Positions 1 to 14,514 of a stretch of 64,000 nt of DNA are shown in pieces (positions within the stretch are counted from its first letter, which is position 1; each line of letters begins with the position of its first letter). The stretch comes from Octopus sinensis (taxonomy: Eukaryota): NCBI RefSeq assembly GCF_006345805.1, contig NC_043006.1, forward strand, positions 98,208,001-98,272,000, given 5' to 3'. Below the pieces are notes generated by a model. It did no database searches and had not been told where the DNA came from. It worked only from the letters and a program-made list of their open reading frames with translations. The position numbers were made by a program, and so were the translations under genes.

Positions 1-1016
1 TGATCTTCATAACTACAAGTTCATGAAACAACATTAAATGGTTTATTGTACGGTGAGAAGTTAATATATTTATTTCTCTATTATGATAGGCACATGTATC
101 TGAATTTCTAAAAGTAAGATATAAAATATAACCGCAAAGCCATAAATTGTGTATAAAGAATCGGATGCAGATTCTGAACAGCTGAAGTTTGGTAACATTG
201 TAATCGATCATGCAATTGACTATATTATATTACTCTAATTGATTTCGCCATATGCAGAGGGGTGAAGATCAATATAACACTTCTGATGTATATGTGCATC
301 GTAGGACAAGTAGTATATTTTATTACTTCCGTTATTTTTCGAAAATTATATAATGCGGACTTCATTGATGATTATCTCAAACATATGAAGTTTGGTGACA
401 GCCATGCTAGATAATTTTTGTAAGAGTTTTGTGTATATCATGCAAATCTAACGTAATACAAGTGGTTGTGAATATTTACAGAACAGTAAACAGTTACTAA
501 AAATCAAAGGGAAATAAAGTTTTCTCCTTTCATATAAGTTATGCAATTTAATGAGCTGAATCGAACATTTGATAAATTACCGGTACATATTTTATCAAGC
601 GCATATTTTAAATCTAAATGAGCAAGAAAAACGTGAGTCTTTTTTTACGCTTGATATCAAACACTTTCCGGATTTGCATTTCCTTTTCAGAGTACAGTAA
701 CAAAATATGGTAAAAGTTACATACTACCATTAATTAAATCCACACTCTACAGCTTCGATACGTTCTATCTGCGCTGAATTGCAGATAGAACAGCAGAAAT
801 ACTGTGTATATTACTTTTACAAACCGGAAAAAGGGCGATTTACTCACCATTTTTTCTGTTCTAACTGCAATTCTACGTTCAAAAAAGAAAAAAACATTAT
901 CTTAACCGTATCGTCTCCAGCCTACGTTCGACGACAGAAAAGGGAGAGAGAAAACAGGTGCAGATTTCAACGGGTCCAACGTCGTAAGATGACTGGCAAA
1001 TATGTATATATATGAG

Positions 1017-2425
1017 TTAAACGCAGGTGTTATTCAAATTCTTTTACTTCCGACATATTTCGAGAATGCTGCCCTGGTAACTGTTCATTTATTTTTCCGT
1101 GTTTACTGTAAACAAGGGAAAAATTCCCACATTCATTTATATATACTTCAAAAAGGTTTCCATATAACCTGCTAATAAAATAGTTACCGCATATGGAGTT
1201 ATTTAATTTAAACGCATCCCTTAAGGATATACCGATTCTCCCAAAGGATTATTCCTTTAAGCAACTCTTTAATAAGAAAAATTCCGTTATTAACCGTATC
1301 AGATGGCTCACTTTTTTCTTCGACATTAAGCACCTTCAACAGCCCACTAATGTTATAACTTCTGAATTTAAGGAATTATGTAAATCTAAAAATAATCCTC
1401 CACCTAACCAAAGGTTGAAACCGTTTGAAGATGATCTTTGGTCTATTGTGAGAAATATTAAATTTCACCGATCACCCCTAAGGAATAAACATCTGAGGTA
1501 TCTTCACAATATCACCAAGGAATCTCATAGCATGGATAGTAAACTAGTACAATTAGATAAAACGGGAAACCTGTATAAACTTAACAGGGATTATTACTTG
1601 GAACTGTTTAAAAAATAAATTCAAAAAATTTATAGGATTACAGGCAAAGGTGCACTCAGGAAAGCCAACCTTGAAGCTAAGAAAATTATGGAGAAGTATA
1701 ATTTACTAATGAAGACAGAACCACTTGATACTAAGCAACCTCGTTTTATTTTAAAAGATCATGAAAAATGTTTTTAATAACCCATCCTTAAGACATCTGT
1801 CCTTCTAGCTCTGACATTGGTTTACTTGGTAAAAATATTCTAGATAAATATATTTCTACCTTAATTAAAATTTTCAAACTTAGTTTATGGTCCAATTCAC
1901 TCCAAGTTGTCGACTGGCTTTTAGTTACATTACTAATAATAGGAGCACTAAGTTTATTATCCAGTTTGACATTTCTAGTTTCTATTCCTCCATCAACCCC
2001 AAAGTACTTAATAAGGCACTCTAGCTAGCTCATAACAAAGGTGGTCTCACCAGGGAAGAGATTATTATCGTGTCAGCCGCCAGAAAATCTACCATATAAA
2101 GCTGTGGGTCCGTAAAGATACACCCAATGGGTTTGATGTCACTATAAGAAGTTCTGCAGACAAGTTCTCAAGCATCAATGGAGGTCTATACCGTGATGAT
2201 CGCTTACTCTACCTTCAAAACAATTTGAATAATACCTGCGTTTCATTCCATTTATTTATTTATATATATTATACAAAATATTTCACATCAAGCCGGAGTT
2301 TCTACCTTTACAAACAGGATGTTAAGTCCGCATAACTAGTGTGATTTTTGCTGCCCTGGTAACGGTTTATCTATTTTTTTCCGTGTAAATTGTAAAGAAG
2401 GGAAAAATACACACATCCATTTACA
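1017..2425 (+). mobile_element. Penelope-like retroelement remnant (Neptune-type N-terminus and RT, frameshifted) with pLTR-like flanking repeats
   Basis: ORF 1193-1618 (SLKDIPILPK...INRIRWLTFFF) resembles the Neptune N-terminus. Downstream frames give LKDHEK, QFDISSFYSSI, WVRKDTPNGFDVT and GGLYRDD. 1067-1140 recurs directly at ~2349-2423, and 1018-1040 recurs inverted at ~2222-2244. Confidence 0.85.
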
Positions 2426-2496
2426 TGTATATGTATATATTTACGCATACATATATACATACATATATATTTATACATACACACACACACACACAC

Positions 2497-2558
<62 letters not shown>

Positions 2559-2623
2559 AACATGCATATATATCTCTCTGTTTATGTCTCAGTATATATA
2601 TACAAACACACATACACACACAT

Positions 2624-2660
<37 letters not shown>

Positions 2661-2951
2661 AGGAGGGAGGGAGAGAGAAGGAGAAAGACAGAGAGAGATA
2701 TCAGCAGGTGAATTAATTCGTAAACTATTATTTCCATTTCAAAGCATTTTAGAGTGGATTGTAAGTACTAAGATACCATCAACGATGAGGATAATCGTTT
2801 TAACTCCTATTTTGCTTCACGTATTAAGGGTGCCGTTGTTTTATGGTTGGCACCGTCTGTTGTTTAAATTCCTAATCTGCGTATTTTTTTTTTTCATTAA
2901 TAGTTAAGATAATATGAATTCACCTCTGTAGAAACACTTAACTTTTGGTAG

Positions 2952-3063
2952 GTATCTACAGAGAGTCACGTTTTAGATGCAAATATTGGCTAATGTCTAT
3001 AGACAATACTCAGCTCTTAAACGAATTACATACCACTGAACAAACAGTTTGGAATTCGACACT
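2952..3063 (+). CDS. Possible internal exon of an unidentified host gene
   Basis: ttttggtag acceptor and CT|gtaagt donor; one open frame (IYRESRFRCKYWLMSIDNTQLLNELHTTEQTVWNST). No recognised homology. Confidence 0.3.
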
Positions 3064-4344
3064 GTAAGTATATGTGCTTCTTTGTAACCGTGATAAAATT
3101 ATGCACATCTTATTTCTATTTAAAATTTAAAACGCCCATTGATATATTTATTGAATAATTTTCATATTCGGGTTATAGTGACATATTTTCAAAGATCTTG
3201 CCTTTTTGTTTACTGACACAAACAAGAAAAAACAAACGAAAGTAACAAAAAGTGAGATTTAACAGGAAATCAATAGCAAAGATAAATCTCCGCTGGTAAT
3301 TCTAGTAAAACATATACATCTTCATCCCCAATGAAGAAGAAAAGTCAGTAAGAAAAAATAACAATTGGCAACGTGTGGAATTTATGAGACACAACCAGAT
3401 TTTTATTTAAACTCCTCTCACGAGGGCTTTACAGTACACCCAGTATATTAAAGAATAAATTACCAATGGAAGAAAACTAAATGATACAAAATCATATAAA
3501 TAGCATGCAACGCTCATAAAAAGAAAAATAAGAATGAAAATACACTATACATTATCTAAGGCCTCCTTTGAGCTAACTGTTGATTTTTTATAATTTGATC
3601 AATATATTACATACGTTTGTGTATACACAAGATTTTAAGAATCACGATCCCTCCTCATTTAACCGTTAAATCTTGTTTCATGGGAATAATAAAGGCTTGG
3701 AAACTATTAGAATTATTTTTTTTTATTTAGCTTATAAAAATGATGCATCTCGCAATTACATCTAAAGAGCAATATTTTGAGATCGACATTATATTTGCTT
3801 GATATCCTGGAGTCAATTTCGATTAAGACGGCTACAAAAATATTGCATGCCGTAATGCATCAGTAAACACACACACACACACATACACACACACATATGT
3901 ATATGTGTGTGTGTGTTTGTGTGTGTAGATAAATATGAACGTATGCGTATGCCTGTATTTGCGTTTTCTTACCTTAAATGTGTTCTTTCACGTTCATATT
4001 GCCTTCTCAACTCCAATAACATATTTTAGTAAGTTCCAAGGAAATAATAATGTTAATTGTCCCCAGTTGGATCCTGACTGCATCGTACTTTCCTTGCTCG
4101 CACTACGCATTCTCCTGCGTAATAAGTAGAAAGAAAGAGAACTTCAGCGTTGCCCTATCGTTTGTACGCCTGTCATCTTTAATTGCAAAATCTTTGAACG
4201 AAAACATGTAAGCAATTTAGTCACGGAATGAAGACAGAAGAAGAGGATACTTCTCATTAAAATGACATAACAAGTTTTAGGTGGGACAGTAAATATATAT
4301 ATATAAACGATTATTTCATATCTCTCTCTGTATATATGTATATA

Positions 4345-4404
<60 letters not shown>

Positions 4405-4559
4405 GAGTGACATATGTGCGTGTGTGTGTTTGTGCACTCCTATTTGATATATATCTTATCCGTATACGTGTTCTACATATAAATATACCCAGTAACTCAG
4501 TTTGACTTAGTCTCCTGCTAGCTAATGTTTCGTAGCCTAGTAGCACGAACTAGTCCGCC

Positions 4560-4564
4560 ATCTA

Positions 4565-4653
<89 letters not shown>

Positions 4654-4672
4654 CCTATCTATCTATCTAATC

Positions 4673-4703
<31 letters not shown>

Positions 4704-4710
4704 CTATCTA
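4560..4710. repeat. (CTAT)n microsatellite
   Basis: Directly visible; similar arrays at ~48115-48260 and ~52350-52460. Confidence 0.95.
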
Positions 4711-4763
4711 ACTAGCTCTTTCTCAAACTCACTCTCTTTCTCCATATATATATATATACACAC

Positions 4764-5332
4764 AAACAAATATGAGAGAGAATACACTATGTGGACGCTC
4801 TAACGCTAGACATAGATCCGCAAAGGGACTCAACCACTAAGAATTCTTCTCAAGAAAAATTTAGCACACTAAGAACGTAAACGAGCAGGACAAATGAAAA
4901 ATAACAAAAAAATATAGATTAACCCCATACAATTGGTTCACTGTTAATAAATCATACAATTTTACTTACATAATTATCCTCAGATCATCGGTGAGGTACG
5001 TCATAAAATATAATTTGTCGAACTGCACGCTATATATTAATACGAGGTCAAAGACACGAGTAGTTCGGCCTGTTATATTCACAGTTATATTCAAATGCCC
5101 TCGTTCTAACGCGCCAAATTTTCCGCAATTAAATACTGCATAAGTAATTCACTGCAGTAGTTTACGCCGGTTTGAGAACATATCAATTTATAATTAAAGT
5201 CAAAAAGAGGGTGAAAAAATTGGATATTAATTTAATAACATCAATTTAAACACCAGTGGTCTAGCGCATAAAATACTGAGATTCACTAAATATTATTAAT
5301 ACACAAATATGAGAGAGAATCCACTATGTGGA
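4764..5332 (-). mobile_element. Short (TA)n-bounded element with ~30-bp terminal direct repeats and a degenerate hammerhead-like motif (pLTR-like)
   Basis: acaaatatgagagagaat(a/c)cactatgtgga at ~4767-4795 and ~5302-5332. Minus strand 4922-4997 reads cctca-CCGATGA-tctg..cagt-GAAC-CAATTG-TA-tgggg. Confidence 0.55.
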
Positions 5333-5447
5333 TATATATATATATATTATATATATATATATTATTACCAAAGCATTTTACATAGTGTCTGGTAATTAGT
5401 TCGTTTCAACAGAAATCGAGAACATGAATTTCTTGTATTGATCCAAA

Positions 5448-5550
5448 GACGGTGAACTGGCAGAAATGTTAAAACGCAGGGCAATATTCTCCGCGGCTTT
5501 GTGTTTAGAGCCCAAATTCCACCGAGGTTGATTTTACTTTTCATCCTTTG
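5448..5550 (+). mobile_element. CORE-type SINE fragment
   Basis: ggtgaactggcagaa head and gaggttgattttacttttcatcct CORE-like segment; related copies at ~25840-26015 (-), ~51590-51760 (-) and ~53700-53850 (+). Confidence 0.6.
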
Positions 5551-5599
5551 TAGATGCCTCTATTCCTATCCTTATTATTTATTATAAATAACTAAATCA

Positions 5600-6470
5600 C
5601 AGTGCCTTTTAGTGATATCGATTTATAGGTTTCAAAGGGACACAAATTTTGACAATTATGCTGTTTAACAATCTGCTTAGATTTCAGAATTGGCAGTCCC
5701 TTTTAGGCGAATAAATGGACCCGGACCAGTAGCAGAGATCACTCCACATACCATTACACTGCCTCTTCCATATTTCGTTATCTTCTTCACACATGCACAA
5801 GATAACCTTTCGCGACTTCTCGTCGGACGTACATTCCGCCATCGGAACCAATCACATTAAAGTTCGATTCATCGCTAAAATGAACCTGCGACCACAGTTC
5901 TTATGTTCAACACCCATGTTAGGGAGCAAAGCGAAGATGGGCTCTTTGATTCTTCTTTGAGAGCAAACGTTTCTTTGCCATCCGAGCAAGCAACCCAGAA
6001 ACTTCTAACCTCCTAGAAACTATTTTGCGCGGTACGTTGACATCGGAAGTGGAGCGGAACTCGCGTGGTATCTCAGCAGAACCATTAAACTTATCACACA
6101 GTGACATTCTAACCATAATACGATCATATATTTGTGAAATTTTACGAGGTTTGCCGGTTTTGGTTTTAGTATTTGTTGATCCTGATGACATAAAACGAGC
6201 TACAATTCGTTGCACAGCACTTCTAGACATTTCTAGAGCAGTTGCTACCACAGAATTTGACTTTTCCCCTTAGTGTAGGTATACAATCCGTTGTTTTTCA
6301 TCACAGTACACTCATCGTCTCTTACAAGCTGCCATGTTGACAGTTGAATGGTCCAATAATGTAAGATCGTAAGAAGTAACTGTTAGCCCATTAACAGTCT
6401 TCTAAACAACAAATATCTCGCTTAGTAGTTCATTTTTTTCTGAGTCTCCCTTAACTTTTGGCCGCTGCAA
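5600..6470 (-). mobile_element. Tc1-like transposase pseudogene
   Basis: ORF 5919-6251 is HTH-like (SRSAVQRIVARF...GKPRKIS); followed by WSQVHFSDESNFNVIGSDG (first catalytic D motif) with stops and frameshifts. Confidence 0.85.
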
Positions 6471-7959
6471 TTTGGAAGATTGTTTCTTTATTCCCTCATA
6501 ATTTACGAAATATTTCCTCCATTCACTTGAAATTTTCATGAAAGATAGATATTAAATATATCTAACTATTTATATAATGTTTAGTCTCAACGTGTTGTTA
6601 ATCTTCTATTATGACTATTTAAATACAATTGTTCTTACTGACACTTATATTATGGTTACTACGGTAATTACAAGTCTCAATATTCAGTTTCTTTGTGGCA
6701 ATGTTTTGCGTACATTGAAATAATTTTGAAGTTAAAATAATTTGAAGTTAAAAATCAAATCATAAAACAATTTTATTGCTATTTCTAGTTTTCTTGTAAT
6801 GTTACTTAGGTTAAGCAAGAAAATATAATCAAATAAGTATATGATTAGTGTTTTGAAAACTACCAGTCACAAAGTTTATTATAAATTAATGTTAAAGTAA
6901 GTTAATTACTGCAAATGATTTTCAACAATTTGAGTGGCACAGAAATTCTAGTGCGATTGTGAACTCAGCGAAATTATCTTCAGTTTTCAGTTGATATCTT
7001 TATTTTCTAATAAGGATAGTTATTCATTTTGAATCTTGTCTGACGTTCTTCTAAGCGAAATCAATCATTCAATGGTTAGTATAATTGGCCATTCTCGTGT
7101 CCATTATTAAATATGTTAGATAATATTCAACACACAGCAAAATTATGAATACAACCACATAATTTGTATAGACGGAGTTAATAATATAAGAGCTCTTAGA
7201 ATTTATTGTGGTGACATTATGATAAAATGTAATCAAGTGTTGTTCAGAATTATAAAATGAATTTAAGAATCGATCTCAGTCTGTGGCGCTTATCACCGCT
7301 TTATGGCTTTCCCAATCTCTCTGAGTCTTTACATTATGCAATCATTATGCATTCATGCAATCATGGTAAATTATAAAAGGAGTTCGGAGTTTATTTAGTT
7401 TCACATGAATGATTTCTGGTCTACACCAAATCTAGAAATCATATGTCATTTGACTGTCTTCAATTCCATTTCATTTGTAAACGGAACTGGATTTTGAAGC
7501 AGGAGGGCAAACCTGAGTGATGGTTTTACCCCTTGGTGCTCTGAACCCCTAAATGTTGCTTCTAAATCTAAGATGTAGTGTCTATTTCTCTGAAACACAA
7601 TGAGAAAAAATTGACGTAACATGTCATAAGCGAGGTTGAGAATGGAAGTAATATATGCTTTGGTGAGTCTATGCAAACTTTCTGTACATCTTGACGTTTT
7701 AATAGTCAAGGGCAAAATGGAAATTAATCATTTTAATGCTAGTTATGATTTAAATATACCTCCAATTGACGTAAGAATTACTTGTTAAATGCTGTGTTTC
7801 TGTTTTTTTAGCGAAACCAATGGCAACATCACATGGAAACAGTAGTCACCCGCAACGGAGTAAGAGGAAGCAGTACAAACTAAAAAAAGCCAGGAATTGC
7901 AAATAAAAATATCAAAACACGCACAGCTTAAGTATATGTTATAGTGAGAAACGTGAAAG

Positions 7960-9140
7960 GCCATAAAAAGTTTTTATGTCGCGCATGCGCATGCCCATTG
8001 CTTGCTTTTCATTTTCAGTGCAGTAGGGTCATCTGGGCACCGTCTGTGAGACATCCAGCACCATGTGGCAATTCCCTCTGCCAGGAATTTGGAAACGACA
8101 TGATGTACCGTTTGGCATTCGCACCGGAAGCCCCAATAGGAGCTTTTCTGAGTGCTTCGGTGTCAACCTGAGGAGAGTGCAGAGCATTCGGAAAGAGTTG
8201 GATGAGTATAATGGTGATTTCGAAGGTACAGCATCTCGAAAAACTCACTGTGATCCTTCTGATAAGAAAAGAACTGAATTTGTTGGTGAGATCCAGGCCA
8301 TGGTTGACAACGATCCTTCCAAGTCAATCAGGCTCATCACCAGCGACATGGGAGTGTGTGAGTTTCGTATCAGGCGGGTACTGCATGAAGACATTCGGTA
8401 TTCCTCATAGAAGACGGGAAAGGGCTAATTTTTATACCAAGTCATCAACGACTAGAGGAAAGACCGTGCTACGAAACCTTTGAACAAATTCAAGCATCCC
8501 CTCCAATCGAACATGCTTTGGTTTGTCTCAGACGGGAAATATTTCTGTGATGATAAGGTGGTGAACACACAAAACAAACTTCCGCTTGCTTTGTCCCCAA
8601 AACATGTACCGAGAGTGATTAAAATCAAACATCCAATCAACATCATGAAATTTGGAGTGATCACTTGTGATGGCGACGTTATGCCTCCAATCATATTCTC
8701 ACACGGTCTCAGACTAAACACGGAGGCCTATAACAAGTGCCTGGAGGAGGAAGTGCTGCCCTGGGTCAAGAAAGTGGCTGCTGGAAGACCCTATGTCTGG
8801 GAACAAGACTCTGCACCATGTCACAGTGGGAAGCGTATACAGTCATGGCAGTCAGACAATTTCCTTGACCACACCACCCCTACCATCTGGTCACCTAACA
8901 CCACAAACACCAATCGCCTTGATTATTATGTATGGGGCGCCGTTGAGCGAGAGACCGAAGATGAAACACGAGAGATTAACTGAGGGCAGGGATTATGGTA
9001 GCGTTCACAAACTTAGGCAAGGAGACCATCCAGAAAATTTGCACGAGATTCCGAATGCAATTGGAGGCCGTAGTTGAAGCCAATGGCACTTTTATTGATT
9101 TAATTTACTCGTTAGTATTTCACGATATTTCTATGTAATT
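7960..9140 (+). mobile_element. Tc1/mariner DD37D (maT-like) transposase pseudogene
   Basis: ORFs 8063-8410 and 8480-8983: WFVSDGKYF, FGVITCDG, WEQDSAPCH...NRLDYYVWG; 37 residues counted between the second and third D. Confidence 0.88.
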
Positions 9141-9142
9141 TT

Positions 9143-9181
<39 letters not shown>

Positions 9182-9185
9182 ATAT

Positions 9186-9369
9186 ATAGTCATCGACTAA
9201 ATATATAAATATAACAATTTAGGATTAGGGTAAATGTTTTTAAATTTTCACCTAATTTCTGAATTACTACTACTTGGCGGTGTGAGTTATGGCTGCTCTT
9301 TCTGGTGGACGAATGACCCGTTAGGGTCACTCCTAAATTGTTATATTTATATATTTAGTCGATGACTAT
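9186..9369. repeat. ~39-bp inverted repeat in a (TA)n-bounded element
   Basis: 9186-9224 is the reverse complement of 9331-9369; internal hairpin tgaccc-gtta-gggtca. Confidence 0.85.
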
Positions 9370-9551
9370 TTTCTCTTTTCCACCAGGCCGCTGGTAGCGA
9401 TAAATTTCTATTGAATTTTTTTGCTACCCTAAATTGACTAATTGATAATTATATGTATATATATATATATGTGTGTGTTTGTGTGTTAAAATGACATGTC
9501 AGTATTATTTTCATTTTTGCGTAATTTGTTCTTTTTTAAAGCATTCGCTCA

Positions 9552-10460
9552 CTACAAGGCCCTCAGATCACTGAAAGCGCAAGAACTACTAGAATAAAAT
9601 GGACGCTTGACAGAATTCAATAGCTGACGATGTACAATGAAACTTAAAAAACTGGAGATCATATTATCATATTGTAGGAGAAAATAAAACTGTGGAAGTG
9701 AATTCCAAAGTTCAGAGGTACAAGTGAAAAAACTAATACTATAAAATGCTTTATGACACTTATGAGGTTGCACAATATACTGATGAGAACTGAATGCAAT
9801 TCTTGTTGATCGCTGATAAGTTCTTAGAGGAGAAACCAGAGAAGAGAGCTCAGCTGAACAATGTCTATGAAAATACTTATAGAAAAGACATAAGGAAGCC
9901 ACACGACGACGATGAAAGAGTGAATCCAATTTAGAAAATAGATCAGGACCAATAGTATTACAAACATGGTGTCAAATGCGGTCCAATAGAGTTAAAGAAT
10001 CTGCCGGAGCCCCTGCCTATATGTGACAAGAGTACTCGACGCAGGGGTGAATAGTGGACTTATAAAGATAATGAATAGTCTCAGGAGTGTGATAACTCCT
10101 CGGACGAAGGAATGAGCCTGTCTTCATTGCAGCCGATTTGGCAATGGAGTCAATGTATGTCCTCCAATAAAATCATTACAGAAAGACACACCTAGGTGAC
10201 GAAGAGAACGACTCTCAGGTAAATCAATACCATACATCGGAGAAGAGGACAAGAAAGGATGTATGAAGCGATTAATTGAAAGAAGTTTAGTTTTCAATGG
10301 ATTAAACGTTACGGGTCATTTCCTACGCCACTCACCAATAGATCGAAGATCATTCCCAAAGTTATCAGTGATTTCAACCTTATCAAACAAATCGTTAGAT
10401 TTGTCTAAATAAGTGTACAAAGGTGTGTCATCAGCATAGAATACTACATGACAGTAATTT
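9552..10460 (-). mobile_element. Non-LTR retrotransposon 3' fragment (Jockey/CR1-like RT)
   Basis: YADDTPLY at ~10415-10440 on the minus strand; C-terminal DSLFHRRRVASLCLFYKYF...ELWNSLP. Confidence 0.85.
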
Positions 10461-10486
10461 AGAGAATTTATTCACCACAACCTGTA

Positions 10487-10554
<68 letters not shown>

Positions 10555-12969
10555 AAGCATACATACATGCATACATATACACGCACACATACATACATAC
10601 GTACAAACATATAAAGTTACATACAGAATAATTTACAAATCGATAACTCAGGAAATGTTAACAAAATATCTGACACTTTAGAAAAGAAAAATTTGGAACA
10701 AATAATTTGCAGTTATTTTACATGTATATTTGATGAATCAGCCAGCCAACCAGCTACTCAACATTCATATCGGCAGATACTAAGTAGAGATTATATGGAA
10801 TGCATCTACTTATTTCTTCTAAGGCTGCAGTGCAATGATTCCTACCCAACTAAATGCAAAGAACGAAGCGAAAAATCGGTTAATCTCACTTTTAGTGAGA
10901 AGACATCATAATGCAGAAAAATGCAATGTTAGGGAAGCAATGTGTATATGTGAAATGTGATTTAATTCTATAATGTGTTTTATCATAGCAACAACCTTTA
11001 AATCATTTGCAATTACGATGGTGAACGGAAAATTTTAGAGCTCTCGCATATGAGATGGAAGCTATTCACTTACCGATTGATAGGTAAAACATTGCTTCTA
11101 AGAAGTAACAGCGGAGATGTGATTTGCTCAGATAAACATTTCCATAAAGCACAGAATTAATCAAATTTGAAACAATAATAGATTTATCTCAATATGCAAT
11201 ATTATAACACAAGAAACAGTGATATACATATGGAAATTGATATAATTAGATTTGTTTGTTTACAATTCATTTCTTTAATTGTCTTAACGATCCTGTCTAA
11301 TATAGATACATTTGTAGTGATATCAAGCATACAACTCTTTTGAATGTAAACGAATAAAATATTGATTATTCTGCACAGCGATACTTTAAGCGATTTTAGC
11401 AGGTTAATTTGCATTCCAGCTACGTAACAGAGACGAGGCGTTCCGTTCATGTTTAGTAAAACTGATAATCCTCTAGAGGATTCTGTCTTTGTGTAAAGAA
11501 TAAACTAACTAGAAGTATATTCGAAGAATTGCTTCTGGTTAAAGAAAACTAACGATATTCATGTCCGCTCTCTCTTTTTTTTTGTCTTCATATCATTATC
11601 CAGAATGTTCAAGTTCTTCCATTTGTTTCTCAGCTTTTTCATTAATTTTCTATTTCTCTCTGCAAATGTTTATCCCACCCCTCTTCTTACTGCTTCCTAT
11701 TTCTTATACCTTCGTCTTTGTTTTTGATTTTTCTTACTACATGTAGATATTTCACATTCATATCATTATTTGCCATTCCAATTTTCATTACATCTTCCTG
11801 TCCTTCAATACACCTATCTTGTTCAGTTGATTGAAACTTATTTTATAGTCATTGTGCTTATTTTAAGATACAGTAATGCATGAATTAGCGTAAAATCAAT
11901 TATTTTCGTTCTCTTTCATGGCTAAATATTCATAGATCTCTATTTGCTGTAACATTATACAAACTTGAATAGATTTAATTCCCAATGTACATTACAATAG
12001 ATGGATTAGAGAAAACAAGCTATAGACAGTTTAGTACCGGCGTTGGAATGAACATCTAACGAGATCTAACTACACACACACACACACACACACATACACG
12101 CATATATGTATATGTATATGTATATCAGTCTCTCTAGCACGCTACGCTATATTTTATTACGTAAGATTCAGTAATCAATAATCAAATTGAATATAGATAA
12201 TTTCATCAGATGTTCACATACACTCACACACATACATATAACTTCGCCGTCAATCACTTGATCTTGTGTCTTGTACCACACATTGTCTAGTCATATTAGG
12301 CGCCTATGTCCTCGCGCGAATACAGTGTGTCTACGTATGCAATTGTAGAGTTTTTGTCAGCGATGATGTACACTTTCCTTGCATTGTACGGGGAAACAGC
12401 TATTTTTCGACTCTGTCGAATAGATATTGCTCTAGCTTTTCTTTCTACTTTCTTTTTGTTTCTTCCAATGGAACTCAACTACAACATTAATTTTAAAAAT
12501 TCATACGCCATTGTTACCAGTCATTCTGCTCTTATGTAATCGTAATCAGGTCACAAGAGTGAGCGCAGTAGATATACCATCGCGAAAATCATTCACATTG
12601 TGAAAACTTGGAATGGCCTGAATTTCCTCCACCTTCTTGTTCGAACATCGATAATTCATATATCGCATTTATTTCTGCAGCAAAGCTTTGCTGTCTTTGC
12701 ACTGGCTGAGAGTTTTTCTTGTGTACTCCGTTCATTAAGAACAGTGTGGTTGTACTTTCAACTTATAAAAATCTACAAACCTATCTTCAATTAATTCTAA
12801 ATTATTGGTGAGCATGCTTGCATTTAGGGGAGTATAATTTGGCAACAACTGTCCTATAGCCTCATGCAACAGTGCACTCCGAACTTTGGCTGGTACAGTG
12901 TTAAATGGAGAAGTATCACGTTGCACTTTCAATTAACTGTTCATGTCTTGCATTTCACTGTTTTTTTAG

Positions 12970-13027
12970 GTTGCTGACATTCAGTCCATTTGTCATATTA
13001 ATTGCTCTGTTGTCTTCCAGATATGAT
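12970..13027 (+). CDS. Possible short exon (hydrophobic peptide LLTFSPFVILIALLSSRYD)
   Basis: Polypyrimidine tttttttag acceptor and gtatgt donor; phase-compatible with the 2952-3063 candidate. Confidence 0.25.
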
Positions 13028-13209
13028 GTATGTATCAATATATGGTAGTGAGCAATCATCGGCTCATGAAGCAAACGTGCAGATTCTATACTAAGTATTC
13101 TCTCTGCGAGGATATTCACATTTTTATAGAAGCTAACGCATTGAATAGGAAGGCAGCAGGTGTAAAAGGTGTAAGTTACATCAGGTTTGATTTTGCCATT
13201 TCACAAATA

Positions 13210-14220
13210 GTCAAGAGAGCATCCTTCGCTTAGAAACAATCCCGTTTCCTACATGACCGCAGGTCGCAACGTTTGGATGTCATGGTGGCTACAGAGTCCA
13301 GGTTAAGCAGCCAGAGGGATTTCTCCCCACTCCTAAATGGTTACATTAAAATTACTTCTCCAAGGTCACCTGTAGGTGGAGGAGGTCTTCCTGTGCTGTT
13401 CAGGAAAAACCTGGGCTTTGAAGTAAAACCAATTTTAATCGACCCGGAGGGCAGGCTTGTCTTTCAGGTTGGCTGGTGTTTACGCCCTTGCGAAAGGTGC
13501 AGGTAAAACCGATTATTTTCGAAGCATTGAGAAATTTCTTGGTTCCTCTCATTCTATAGTTATGTAAGGGAACGTTAACGCAATCCTCGATGCACGCGTG
13601 GATTGTGCTGGCTCTAATGATAGAAGAGGTAATCAGTGTTTCTTAAATCTGCTTAGCCGTTTTCAGCTGGCAGATAGGTATAGACTAGACGCTCCATTGT
13701 GGACATGGATGAATAGTGATGGGTCGACGAGATCTTATCTAGATAAAATTCTATTTAGAAAATTAGATAGAAACCTAGTTTGTCGTCCACAATTCCATTA
13801 TGTCAGCTGCAGGGATTGCAAATTTGTGACCTATAAGCTTGATTTAGTTAAGATGCATAGACAGGGATCCGTTTACTGGAAACTTAACTAGTCTCATTTG
13901 AGTAATGTTGAGTATAGGAGTCGGATTAGGGAGTTAATTTCGAGGGCATTGTGTAGCACAATTGTTAACAACAAATGGTAGTATGCCGTCAAAAGAGCCA
14001 TCAAGTTCGAGTCCATTAGGCTTAGCAAAGAATTAATAGGTAAGTAAAATAGAATAGAAAGCGCCTTAGTTAAGGACTTAGAAGAAACCCCGAGGTCTCG
14101 CCACGCACCCCTAATCTTGGCTGCCGGTTTGATTCTGAATGAACACACCGAGGCCAAATATGAGGGGTGCGCAGTTAGAGCAAAGCAACGTGCAGTTAGA
14201 TAGGAAGGAATCAACTCCAG
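13210..14220 (+). mobile_element. L1/Tx1-clade ORF2 AP-endonuclease fragment
   Basis: DVMVATESRL, GNVNAILDA (GDFN-like), WTWMNSDGSTRSYLDKILF, GSVYWKLN (GPGYWKLN-like); multiple stops. Confidence 0.8.
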
Positions 14221-14514
14221 TTATTGTGTGACACTAAGTTTGATACTTACGTTCATATGTATTTATGTATGTATGTATGTATATATGTATGTATGTCTGT
14301 CATCATTTAGTTTATTTCAAGATTTCTTGCCATTAGAGAAAGAAGTGGTGTGTAACCTAGATCCAAGGTACCTTCATTGGAATTTCAACATCAACAGGGT
14401 ACTCTTATATGTATGTATGTATGTATGTCGTTCTGTTCCTCGATTGTGTTGTTGATGTATGGATATGTATGTATTCTCATTCATACAGTTGCATATCTAG
14501 CATGCACACACATA

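Noticed and set aside
4075-4155. Hammerhead-like motif on the minus strand (CTGAAGT...GAAA-GTAC-GA)
   Set aside because: Two core positions and stem I fail; too degenerate to support.
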